Below, piece after piece: positions 39,101-49,912 of a stretch of DNA of 64,000 bases (positions within the stretch are counted from its first letter, which is position 1; every line of letters starts with the position of its first letter). Both the position numbers and the translations under genes were made by a program. Below the pieces are notes generated by a model. The model ran no database searches and was not told where the DNA came from. It saw only the letters and a list, made by a program, of their open reading frames with translations. Source of the DNA: Lingula anatina. Taxonomy: Eukaryota > Animalia > Brachiopoda. The DNA lies in the NCBI GenBank assembly GCA_051362555.1, contig CM120642.1, positions 9,734,001 to 9,798,000 on the forward strand. The letters run 5' to 3'.

Positions 39101-42100
39101 AGAGATAGGTCCATAGTTACTATTGAACTTGAATAGGAAGTCATATACTGGCAATCTAAATGTGATCTTAAAATTGACCTTTGACCTACTTTTCACCATG
39201 AACTGAACTTTGCAAATTTTGCTTCCCTTTTATCTCCAAAACTGGCTGAGATAGGTCCATAGTTAGTATTGAACTTGAATAGAAAGTCATATACTGGCAA
39301 TCTAAATGTGACCTTGAAATTGACCTTTGACCTACTTTTCACCATGAATTGAACTTTGCAAATTTTGCTTTCCTTTTATCTCCAAAACTGGCAGAGATAG
39401 GTCCATAGTTACTATTGAACTTGAATAGGAAGTCATATACTGGCAATCTATATGTGACCTTAAAATTGACCTTTGACCTACTTTTCACCATGAACTGAAT
39501 TTTGCAAATTTTGCTTTCCTTTTATCTCCAAAACTGGCTGAGATAGGTCCGTAGTTACTATTGAACTTGAATAGAAAGTCATATACTGGCAATCTAAATG
39601 TGACCTTGAAATTGACCTTTGACCTACTTTTCACCATAAACTGAACTTTGCAAATTTTGCTTCCCTTTTATCTCCAAAACTGGCAGAGATAGGTCCGTAG
39701 TTACTATTGAACTTGAATAGGAAGTCATATACTGGCAATCTAAATGTGACCTTAAAATTGACCTTTGACTACTTTTCAACATGAACTGAACTTTGCAAAT
39801 TTTGCTTCCCTTTTATCTCCAAAACTGGCAGAGATAGGTCCATAGTTTCTATTGAACTTGAATAGGAAGTCATATACTGGCAATCTAAATGTGACCTTGA
39901 AATTGACCTTTGACCTACTTTTCACCATGAACTGAATTTTGCAAATTTTGCTTCCCTTTTATCTCCAAAACTGGCAGAGATAGGTCCATTGTTACTATTG
40001 AACTTGAATAGGAAGTCCTATACTGGCAAACTAAGTGTGACCTTGAAATTGACCTTTGACCTACTTTTTATCATGAAGTGAACTCTGCTAATTTCTTTCT
40101 CTTTTAACTTCAAACTTGACAGAGATAGGTCCATAGTTACTCTTGAACTAGAATAGGAAGTCATATACTGGCAATTTACTGTGACCTTGAAATTGACCCT
40201 TGACCTATCTTACAAAGAACTTAAATTTGATTGTACCATATATATTTTTTGCAATAGTTTAAAAATTCTTGTTGATTGCATTTTTACAGCTTGTCAAGCA
40301 CAAAACTGGTGGCTGTGTCCCTTATTTTGTGTATGTGGGGGTCTATACGAATGCGCTTGCTCCAGCTGGTGGTACAATATTCGGAGGCGGTATCGCCTCT
40401 CTGATCCTCTAGTTTGTGTGGCTCTTTGTTCTCTATTATTAACCAATCTCTCAGGACCAAGACAAGCTGCTCTCTGAGTTGGAAGAGGTCAAACGCCATC
40501 TACATGTGACCTCACAGGTAAATGTTGATTAGTAGTTGATTGAATTCACATAACACATTCTTATAGTAGGTACTTCACTATTGTTATTATTATATGTTTA
40601 TTATTTTATTTTAATATTATTCATTTATTTTTATGTACAGACACAGATGTGTCTGTACATATAGCCATCATCTGCGTCTGTCGTCGCTGTCGCCGTCGCC
40701 GTCGCCGTGCACTTTTACCGATAACACGATAAGTGGAAAACCATTCTACCTTTTGACTTGAAACTTGCAGAACTGATGAATATTCATAATACGCAGGTCA
40801 AGTTCGAAAGTCAGCATGATCGGGTCACTTTTAGGGAATTTATGCTGTTTTTTCACTTTTTTCAGCATATATGCAGCACCGATAACACGATAAGTGGAAA
40901 ACCATTTTACCTTTTGACTTGAAACTTACAGAACTGATGAATATTCATAATAGGCAGGTCAAGTTCGAAAATCAGCATGATCGAGTCACTTTTAGGGAAT
41001 TTATGCTGTTTTTTTCACTTTTTTCAGCATGTATGCAGCACCGATAACACGATAAGTGGAAAACCATTTCACCTTTTGACTTGAAACTTACAGAACTGAT
41101 GAATATTCATAATACGCAGGTCAAGTTCGAAAATCAGCATGATCGGGTCACTTTTAGGGAATTTATGCTGTTTTTTCACTTTTTTCAGCATATATGCAGC
41201 ACCGATAACACGATAAGTGGAAAACCATTTTACCTTTTGACTTGAAACTTACAGAACTGATGAATATTCATAATACGCAGGTCAAGTTCGAAAATCAGCA
41301 TGATCGGGTCACTTTTAGGTAATTTATGCTGTTTTTTCACTATTTTCAATATAAATGCAACACTGATAACACAATATAAGAAAAACGGATTGGCCAATTG
41401 TAATTATACTCAAAGGAGTGGTCAATCTTACTAAAACACAGGTTGAGTTCGAAAATAAGCATAATCGGGCCATTACTTAAGAAGTTATACTGTTTTTTCA
41501 CATTTCCTCAGATTCAATTATTAGGCATGTTAACAGTCTCATTATTTAACTAATAAGATGCCTAAAAGTGTTTGTTTGATATTTCCTGCATCTTTACAAC
41601 ATTGTTAGTTGATTATGTAAAAAACATGGTAAACTTGTTATCATGTATTGTGTAATAAAGTGTCAAAAATGGAAATAAACTCATATCATTGCAGTTTGTC
41701 AGATTCAATCATCCACTATGTTCAGAATCTCAGAATGGAGGAAATTGGACATTTAACACTGTTCTATTGATACTTTTCCCATCTCATCAATTTTCTTAGT
41801 TGGACATATAAAAATGGCAGTAAAATGTTTATTTTGTTTTATGTTAAAAAAGTATTAAAAATAGAAATAAACCCATTTCAGAACAGTGCTGTCTTGTTTA
41901 CATTTTGGCATTATCAAGGCGTGACTTTGAAGTTCCATGGGCCTGAAGACCTTTGCTAGTCACATTTTCTGAATATCTGTGATACAAATATTTTATAATT
42001 AAAAATTGATGGTCATTAAGCTGTTAAACATATGTAATATTGCATCAAAATTTGAAGAAACCCCCATTTTGGGCACTGCTTCCATGATAACCATTTAAGG

Positions 42101-42185
42101 AAAATCAAGTCACTTACTGTTCTCAAACTTACAGGATAGAAACATGGGACTAAAATACAGCTTCAGTAGGCAATGCAGTCTGTTT

Positions 42186-42243
<58 letters not shown>

Positions 42244-45200
42244 GCAGTTAAACGTTTTTTGTGAAAATTTAATTTTTCACATATTGGCATTTTCAAGGTT
42301 TGACTTTAAAGTTCCATGATCTTAAAGACTTTTGCTTGTCACATTTTCTGAATGTCCATGTTACTAATATTTTATTAATAGCATTTGATTGTCATTAAGC
42401 TGTTAAACATTATGTAATGTTGCATCAAAATTTGAAGAAACCCCTATTTTGGGCACTGCTCCTATGATGACCATTTAAGGGAAATCATGTCACTTACTGT
42501 TCTCAAACTTACAGGAAAGAAACATGGGTCTAACATACAGCTTCAATAGGCAACGCAGTCTGTTTGGTAAATTTTTCTGGCAATTTAAGTTTTTTGTGAA
42601 AATTTAATTTTTCACTTATTTGCATCTTTATTCTCTGTTCTTTGTCTGTACATTTGACAGCTTTGCTGCCTTGTTTATGTTGCATGTTCACAGTTGTCAG
42701 ACTGGGTTGTTTTAATTTAAATATACATACATTCCACATCACCAGTCACTATTATTCAGTATAGCCAGCACTCCTCTGATGGTTGAGGAATATGTTATTT
42801 TCATTCAGGTACTTAATAGGTTTAAAATGGACCAGGTGTTTCATGTTTGATGATTGCTCTAGCACTGCAGCACTATATTTGCAACTAAGTTGGTGTGTTA
42901 GAAAAAATTATTATTAATTCTAACTTATAATTTTTTTCTTACAAAATGGGTAGCTAGTTTGCACATGTATGGTTTGTTTTTTTACTGTACCCTTTATTTG
43001 ACCAACATTTTTACTGTAAACATTTTGACTGTTAAACTCTCATTATAACATTTGGTTAAAAGAAAAGAATGCTGTGTTTTTCTTTTAATATAACAAGGTT
43101 GAAAAGTTGATAATCTTTAAAAATCTCAAGGGCCAGTTTTTATAAATAAATTAATTTCTTTTCTTTTTTTTTAAATTTAGACCTATTTAGTTATTATAAC
43201 TGTTATTTTATTTTAAGGAATATGAGCAACTGCAGGAGAACTCTGCCAGGGAGATTGCAGACTTGGAATCTGTTGCCCAGGACCACTGTCGCCGTGCCAA
43301 CCGTCTTAGCCAGGACCTCAATGAACTGAGACAGGAGTACATTGAGGCCAAGAGGAAGGTGAGCCATTTAGGAATACACAACTTGCTTTTTTAACTAAAA
43401 AAGAATTGAGTGGTTTAATTTTTATAAGTAATTTTGGGATTTGTGAGTTTTAAAGAGATGTTCCATAAGTTGTACAAATAGAGTCGGTATCTTTTTTTTT
43501 CTCTTTTTAATTACTTGATAAATTTATAAGTGAGAAATCTAGAAAAAACTTGGACATTTGAATAAGACAAGCATTTAGAGTGTGTGAGTTATCAAGATAC
43601 TATTTTTAGTTTACTTTCATCAAAATCTCAGACTTGTTCACAACTGTAGTTGTCAGTAATCTGTACTCTTTAAAATGAGAACTTTTGATGTCAACCATGC
43701 TGCCCCACTTTGCTCAACAGGATTTAAAAAAATATATATATATATGCATCTAATTTTCATTATATATAATATTTACTGTTTGCAGATCCATTGAAACTAT
43801 TTTCTCATTTGTTTTTCTGTTGTTGTTCGTATAGCTGATGTCACAGGCAGAGATACTTGACAAGGAGCAGAAATTAGAAGAGACCATTTTTTCTCTTAAA
43901 AATGACATAAGACAGGTAAAGTTTTAAACATTTTTCTTTTTATTTACTTATTTTATTTTCGAATTATTCAGATGTGCCAGCATTGAAAAAATTGCATCTT
44001 TAAAATATAAAATTTATTGATTGTGCATCACATGACCTCGGGACAACTTAAATCAGTTCACCTGAAGGCCTTGTGATAATGTGGAAAGACCATGATCTTA
44101 GTTTCAACACAAGATCCAGTATTTTTTTTTCATTATCATCTGCAGGAGTTTGAGGCTGGTATAGAAGACCTGAACAAGTCTCGAATGGAAGCTGAGGAAG
44201 AACTTGAGCAACTTCATGATCAAAAAGAACAACTGGAGATGCATTTAGATACTCTGAAGGAAAATTTGTCAAATGTAAGACTTTCCTGCTAATTCATTTT
44301 CTTTTTCTTTGAATACTTTTTTATTTTTGCGTGTTTTTGATATTTGTGTGAAAAGAAATTTAACTGCCCTTTTTCACAGAACTTGTCAGTGTCGGGGAAG
44401 TGACGAAATTTGTGTGAAGCTTTTTTTTTTAATTTTTTTTTTTCAATTTTGATTGCATCCAATCAACACTGTGACAGTTGTCTTAGGTAACTGGTACATA
44501 TTTAATCAAGGGAGCTGAATGAAAGTATGTTGAGTATTTTGATAATTTTTACACAATGTCTCTTACATATGCAGTGCACTTAAAATAATGTGTGCAATAA
44601 GTAACTTTGCTGTCATCATCCCAAATATGCCAATAAAATATAGCACAGGTGCTGAACTTACAGGTACTTGCCCCAATTCTAGTGTGCATCATAAAAGTTC
44701 AACCAAATAAGTGTACTGTGGGTAAAAGAATATCTGAATTATCAATACTATGCTTACCTCTGTCTTTTGAGTTCAACCCTCATGGTAATAAATAGCATCA
44801 CACTTCACACTGAGTCTGTGACATTTATGTTCTATTTGTATTAATGAAGTTCTATTTTTTTCTACATTTTATCCTTCCTTGCTATGCCCCATCTTCATTC
44901 ACTTACAGATCAGGTCTGATGCAGACGTAGGTACATCAACAGATCTGTCAAGGATGACATCTGCTCTCAGAGGAAATGAGGAGCCAGGCAGGAAGAGCGA
45001 GGAGTCAGAATGGAGGAAAGAAGCAGTCAGAGAAAAAATCAGACAGGAGCAAGAACAACTCAGGGTAAGCAAGATTATGGAGAGGAGACATTATTGTTAG
45101 GAAAATGGTGATGGGTTTGAAAACAGGTTTTGGGTGGATATATGAATAATGAAGACCTGCATAAGTATGTAGGTAGATATGAGAAGAGAACTTAGTATAT

Positions 45201-46886
45201 GATAAACAGGTCCACATTAGGATAAGGAGACAAGGCATTTGAAGATCAGTATGAGATCATGGATATCTAAATTATGGAGATTCACATTGAAATGAGACAA
45301 GGATTTGTAAAAAGGTGGAAGGATGGGCTGAGAGATTGACCTTATTATCATTTTGAATGGGGCTCACATTTGTATCTAAGAACATAGCTTTTCAATCATT
45401 GATAACATTTCAACTTTTTTTTTTTATTTTCAGCTCCAGCTGAGACAACAGATGTCCAAACATTTAGATGCTATCAACACTGTGCGGCAGCAGTCTGAGG
45501 GAACTTTGGACAGCTTGAAAAGAAAGCTTTTTAACTTGCAGGATGTAAGTTTAATATCTGGTGCACTTTTTAATACTACAACAAGGAATAATAAGCCTTT
45601 TTTCTCACTACTGGTATATAATAGACTGTATGTGTGTAAATGAGATATTGTTCATTACTTAATTGAAAATTATGTCATAAAAAATGAAGTTTCCGACTAT
45701 ACTAAAGAAAAACTATTGGTTGTAGGTGTTATCTAGCTCGAGGGGAGAAATGTCTGATTCTTTGTCACCTAGAAGATCACAGTCACTCGTGTCCTCAAGA
45801 TCAAGGTCCAGATCACCAGCCAAGGTACAATTCTTGGACAGATCAGAATCTCAGGTTGTTATCTTCTTCATATTGTGTGGCAATACTTTTTTGATATACA
45901 GCATGTTCAACATTAAAAAAAAAAAAAAAAAAAAAAAAACATTTAACACAAAACTTTTCAAAGATTTGTTGTTCACTTTATATTCTGACTATGAAAGAGT
46001 CAACTGAAAATACCTTCTGTCAGTTGAGCATTCTATACCTGAAAAGCAAATGAGAGTTTGTACAGGTTTGTTAACCAGTTACTCCTCCAGAAAATATTTC
46101 TCTGGCCTAAATAGAATTTTTTTCTAATGTTAATATTTGTGTTTCATTCTCTTTAGGATGGTCAAACATCTAGGTCCCCTGTACGAAGCTATTCTGCCAG
46201 TAGGTCCAGGCCCAGACACAGACGGGAGGACTCCATGGATAGAGTGCCTGTCAGAGGATCCCCTTCAAGTGAGCATGAGTTGTATATCTTGTCCCATAAT
46301 TAAGCTAAATTGGGTGGTATTTTTTAATGTAGTCTCTGAAGCTTTTTATAGCTTAAAAAAGAAGACAGAGTACCTGTCAAAAGATTTGTTTGATGTAGTC
46401 TTTTTTCCTAAATAAGATTGAAAACCCTCAAAATGGATTGCCTTAAGCTTTATGTGCCAGGTTTGTTTGTTCAGAAAACATATCTATATTTAGTTAACTT
46501 AGCCTAACTCCGTTTTGACTGTTTTCACAAAACCGTATAAAATGGAAGTAGATTTCTATGAACTTTCTGTGGAATTTTTGAGAATTTACCAATCATTTCA
46601 CTTTTTGAAGTACTGATTAATTTTGCTAATTCAATTAATTTGTTTTATTTGCTGATCTGTGAATATGATGCAGTCAGGATATGTCAAAATTATACCAAAA
46701 TTTCAGGTCCTGTTTCTGTGTTAAAACTGAAGATTCTGTCATTCTCATTTAGGGCAAGGCATACACACAAGCAGTGAAGATAGAATACAACAGTTTATGG
46801 AGTCTATATCAAGACTTAAGGAAGAGACCATGGAAGAGATAGAAAGGACTAGCAGTACTTATTATACTTTCAAGCCTTCAGTGTGA
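693..46886 (+). CDS. CNTRL: Centriolin (CEP110/CNTRL), multi-exon: N-terminal LRRs, long coiled coil, Pro/Gly-rich linker
   Basis: Phase-consistent exons include 693-858, 1269-1390, 1742-2014, 2876-3062, 3360-3553, 3833-3961, 4429-4657, 20109-20272 ... 46157-46268 and 46753-46886 (TGA). Peptides GVRYITDDLIRRVTK..LNLTLSKEGGKKIKYIENL, LPHWLGKKLRSLRV, LIFHLRSLEVLDG, ELTKACQKHYELEQELAFFKIDAKFE and VLFCNVPEHHDME match vertebrate centriolin as I recall it. The start codon at 693 is inferred, and a 5' UTR exon may lie upstream. Confidence 0.93.
1030..1212. mobile_element. Palindromic PIF/Harbinger-like MITE
   Basis: GGGTCCATTCCCATGAAACTAT...GATAGTTTCATTGGAAATTGGTC; shares CTGATTG.GTTCAGCAA with the 16648 copy. 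Confidence 0.6.
2051..2292. mobile_element. MITE with CAGGGCT termini and 5-bp TSD (hAT5-like)
   Basis: TIR CAGGGCTCGACACTAAC / GTTAGTGTCCAGCCCTG; TSD TTTAT on both sides. Confidence 0.75.
6228..18161 (-). CDS. Nested antisense gene: ~975-aa family-B-like (adhesion/Methuselah-like) GPCR with a somatomedin-B-like Cys-rich ectodomain; 3 coding exons
   Basis: Exon 1 is 18161-16943 (signal peptide MGKFKDFAAVFLLVTVILY; CSCDRFCHMFNDCC; donor G|GTAAGC, phase 1). Exon 2 is 16430-16285 (acceptor TTTCAG|AA, phase 1; donor CAG|GTAGGT, phase 0). Exon 3 is 7790-6228 (acceptor TTCTTTTCAG|TGT, phase 0; seven hydrophobic segments with 7tm_2-like motifs C..L...HFLLLVSFLW, P...FLN, LQGIF). Total 2928 nt with an open frame throughout. 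Confidence 0.8.
8566..11332 (+). mobile_element. Non-autonomous Helentron-type element (HINE/DINE-1/pearl-like), family A, copy 1
   Basis: 5' subTIR ATTGTACCACCAGC with an adjacent partial inverted copy (GCTGGCGGTACA), a CCGCCGGCT microrepeat, an internal 146-bp array, 3' subTIR GCTGGTGGTACAAT (11283), hairpin GAGGCG-GTAT-CGCCTC and a CTAGTT end. A near-identical copy lies at 38102. Confidence 0.88.
9556..11120 (+). repeat. 146-bp tandem array (~10.7 units) inside HINE-A copy 1
   Basis: TATCTCCAAAACTGG recurs at 9556, 9702, 9848, 9994, 10140 ... 11016. Confidence 0.95.
11901..12066. mobile_element. MITE family CAGGCC(C/T)GTAGCCAG (hAT5-like)
   Basis: TIRs and TSD CACTT/CACTT; homologous in inverted orientation to 63608-63775. 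Confidence 0.75.
15312..15552 (+). mobile_element. Short HINE family C nested in HINE-B copy 1
   Basis: 5' TTACCTC..CTGCCAAGGAGGTTATATTTT, GTTTGTCTGT microrepeat, 3' CCTTGGCAGAGGT, hairpin GCACT..AGTGC and a CTAGTT end. Confidence 0.75.
15793..15959 (+). mobile_element. MITE family CAGGGGCGGAT copy, nested in HINE-B
   Basis: Same internal sequence as the 18618 and 35107 copies. Confidence 0.65.
16648..16892. mobile_element. Palindromic PIF/Harbinger-like MITE
   Basis: GGGTTCATTCTCAATGAAACTAT...ATAGCATCATTGGAAATGGGCCC; homologous to about 1030-1212. Confidence 0.65.
18618..18786 (+). mobile_element. MITE family CAGGGGCGGAT copy
   Basis: Shares TGGAGGATGGATCAACAAAGATAATTTGGAAG and the GGATCCGCCCCTG end with 35107-35274. 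Confidence 0.7.
18843..19862 (+). repeat. ~1-kb dispersed repeat, copy 1
   Basis: Colinear with 32810-33860 (TGTGGACACCTTTG, TGACGACAGGACAATTAA, AGACAAATACCTCCCACAGGG). Confidence 0.8.
31056..31171 (+). repeat. 116-bp direct duplication of 30402-30517 (intron end plus first 22 nt of a CNTRL exon)
   Basis: Apparently identical sequence TTTGTTTGCAG...CCAGGTTATCTCTACAAAAGATGAAG at both positions. Confidence 0.9.
32760..34502 (+). repeat. ~1-kb dispersed repeat copy 2, fused to HINE-B-like internal sequence
   Basis: 32810-33860 matches 18843-19862. 33870-34500 matches 13200-13850 (AATGATGGTAAA..TGTGTAATAAAGTGTCAAAAAT). Confidence 0.75.
35107..35274 (+). mobile_element. MITE family CAGGGGCGGAT (hAT5-like)
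   Basis: TIR CAGGGGCGGAT / ATCCGCCCCTG, TSD TCAGA. Related copies at about 15793, 18618 and 58729. Confidence 0.8.
36098..36133 (+). repeat. (GA)n microsatellite
   Basis: Uninterrupted GA run. Confidence 0.9.
36570..36761 (+). mobile_element. Palindromic MITE (AGATTTAGATCGATC family)
   Basis: Closely similar to 57535-57750; inverted ends CCCACAGATTTAGATCGATC / GATCGTTCTAAATATCTATGGG. Confidence 0.7.
38102..40414 (+). mobile_element. HINE family A, copy 2
   Basis: Same termini, subTIRs, hairpin and body as 8566-11332, with fewer 146-bp units. Confidence 0.9.
39085..40210 (+). repeat. 146-bp tandem array (~7.7 units) inside HINE-A copy 2
   Basis: Unit starts at 39085, 39231, 39377, 39523, 39669, 39814, 39960, plus a divergent last unit near 40106. 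Confidence 0.93.
40628..42675 (+). mobile_element. HINE family B, copy 2
   Basis: Same 5' end, ~160-bp array (about 40717-41500), ~340-bp units and 3' end GTCTGTACATTTGACAGCTTTGCTGCCTTGTTT as copy 1. Confidence 0.85.
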
Positions 46887-47189
46887 GACAATTTGGCAGT
46901 GTAGCCATTGTTTGTTTATTATTATTATTATTTATTAGTTACACAGTAACAGCATGTTAATTTTGCTCAAATTATTTCGTAAACAGTATTTCTGTATTTT
47001 ATGTTAATTATTGAATCCTGTTATTTAAAATACTGGCACATATGAATGTCGAGATGTCTTCCTCTGCAAAATTAACTTAGGAACATTTTACTGAATAAAA
47101 TGGAATCTCCAGTTAGTTCACAAAGTTTGCTTTGCCAGTGGTAATACAAGATCATGAAGACGATGCCATAGGAATCATCACCATTAACT

Positions 47190-48138
47190 GATTCTAGGAC
47201 AATTCCCCCCCGGACAATTCCCCCCCGGACTATTCCCCCCGGACAATTCCCCCCCGGACAATTCCCCCCCAGGACAATTCCCCCCCGGACGATTCCCCCC
47301 CCAAGAAATATATATTTATAAACAAATATAAAGTAGAAAGTGTAAAGTTTAAAACATTTCATCTATTTTATTAACATTTTTAGTGTGATAATATAACTTC
47401 ATCATGAAACAAATTATTTTATAACAAATTCCCTTTTCATTGAGTACAAGTACAGGAAGATTTATTAAGTATCTAATCGAAGTATAACCACTTATCCTTC
47501 AGGTAAAAGTGGGGTAAACAGATGAACAGGTAAACAGATATTTTATAAATATTTTAGTGTGGTGGGTGATGGGTGGTGGTCAAGCAATTAAAAGTGACAA
47601 ATAGTCCCAGGGATACCTGGATAAGCGAGAAAATCTGTTTACCCCACCTCTCCCTAGAGATGCACCTTGATTCAAGATTTACTGAATCAAGGGGGGGGGG
47701 GGGAGAAATAAAGCAATTAAAAGTAACAGTTAATTCATCAAAGGGCTACCTGGATGAGTGAGATCATCTGTTTACCCCTCCTTTACCTGGAGATATATAT
47801 TCTTTGATCAGATTTTTAATAAAATGTTCTGTACTTCTATCTCGAAAATTTCATGTACTTGTACTCCAAGAAAATAAATTGTTTAATAAAATAAATATTA
47901 TCTATCCTTGATTTGCATCATCACACTAAGAAATATTCAGAAAATGGATGAAAAGAACTTTGAACTTTGTATTCTTTACTTAATATATGTATATAAATAT
48001 ATATATTCTTCGGGGGGGGGGGGGGGGGGGGGGAATTGTCCGGGGGGGAATTGTCCTGGGGGGGAATTGTCCAGGGGGGAATTGTCCGGGGGGAATAGTC
48101 CGGGGGGGAATTGTCCGGGGGGGAATTGTCCTGATACC
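47190..48138. mobile_element. MULE/Phantom-like foldback non-autonomous transposon
   Basis: Perfect 9-bp TSD CCATTAACT (47181-47189 and 48139-48147). Terminal arrays of GGACAATTCCCCCCC and its reverse complement. Imperfect inverted repeats extend about 340 bp. Confidence 0.88.
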
Positions 48139-49912
48139 CCATTAACTCTCTGCAGGAATTTGTCTTGCCTTCAATATTGTAACTGGGATGTGTACACAGT
48201 TACAGGCACATTTTACCCATGACATTGTGTCAGTGAAACAAAGCTTTCATCTTGCCTTTTACTTGTGCCTTTTATTTTAATCTTGCGATATTTGTTTCAC
48301 TTACATTCATGAATATAGTGCCTTTTTATGCAGATTAGATTTTTAAGCCTGAAAATGCATTTTAAATGCAAACAATCCCGAATGTAAAATTTATACAGCA
48401 TTGACCAAATTTTTTAACTTTCGAAGCTAACATGGTGGAAGCTATTGTTTGTCCATCATTTTTATTGTTTATATTACAGACTTTTACATATACATGTGTA
48501 CATGCATGACAGTGTTATGATCTAGTGCTGTCTTGAGTAATAGATTAGAGTTCAATGTTTACTATATTAGCCATCTTTAATCTTTTTTGATACAGCAATT
48601 ACATTCTGAATTTATTTTAAAAATTTATCTTTGTAATGAAATGTCAATTTAATGGCAGTCCTTTACAGAATAGACAAATGTTTGTGGTTGAGAGAGTAAC
48701 AATGTAATTGCAGCACATGTATTGAAAAGTTACTTTTCAACATTTAGCAATAAACTTGTTGTATATTTTAAACTGTTTAACCACTTCTTTTAGTCCGTCT
48801 TACAATAAGCAATAAAATCCTGTTATTTTTCATTTATATGGTTTTGATATCACTTCACCTTTCATTGGCACAGCTAAGAGACACAACATTGCCTTAGTAA
48901 AAAATTATTCCTTTATTGGCACTGTTGTTTTGTTAGAAGTTAGAGACACAAAATATTGCCATACAGATTTAAATATTCATATCTGACATACAATACTGCT
49001 GTTGACATCTTCACAAATTTTAAAATCAAAGCAGCATGAAGTATGTTGCAGTTTTATTGACGCTGATCAATCACATTGATTGACAACTGTAAGAAAATGT
49101 TTTCTTAGATAACGGCTCTCACCATCGTCTGGAAATAGGGCCCCATAACAAAATATCAGGCCTGCAATACTACTGCAATCTGCAGTTCTTTGCAAATTTG
49201 CCGCAATATGGCTGCAAATTAGCAGCAATAAAATTCTTTTTGCAAACTCTTTCATTTTGCAAGGAAGTCTTATAAGGTTAAAATCTATCTGTACATCATA
49301 CTTACGTGAGGAACAAATTTACATTGTCTTCCATTTGAACCACCAACAGCAGAAATAGCAAAATCCCCGTCACTGTAACAATGACTAATCACAGTTATAC
49401 ACTGTTTTGGAAACAGTATTTTTTGTGCTTGTCTTATTATCCAATGGACAGAAATCAGATGGGAGAAAAAGCCTACACCGGAAGGCTGCATTTAGTATTA
49501 ACACTGATTTTAAATGTTTGCTTCGACAATTTAATGCAAAAGGAAGAACAACAGATGAGCATTCATATACAAATTCAATCTCCTGTAACTTTTATCTAGT
49601 ATATAAAGAAACTTTACTTTATCTCTGGCCAAGCCCTTGAAGGTGTCCATCCCTAATTATAATATTGTTATTTAAAAGCAAAATTACATAGCTAAAGTTC
49701 CTAGATTCATAGAAAAGTTCATAGAAATTCTTTCCAGCTGGGACAATTTTGCCTGCAAGCTGTAGTAGTTGACTGTGCTAAAAATTCTATAAACCTGTGG
49801 TCCCATAATTTTTATTAAAATTAATTATCTGCAAACATTGCATTAAGCACTAACATCATTCTTCCTAGGCAAGAGATAATTGATCGGCAGCTAATTTTGT
49901 ACGGTACGTGTG

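Noticed and set aside
47072-48222. GGNCP/GGIVR repeat ORFs
   Set aside because: They are translations of the subterminal tandem repeats of the foldback transposon.
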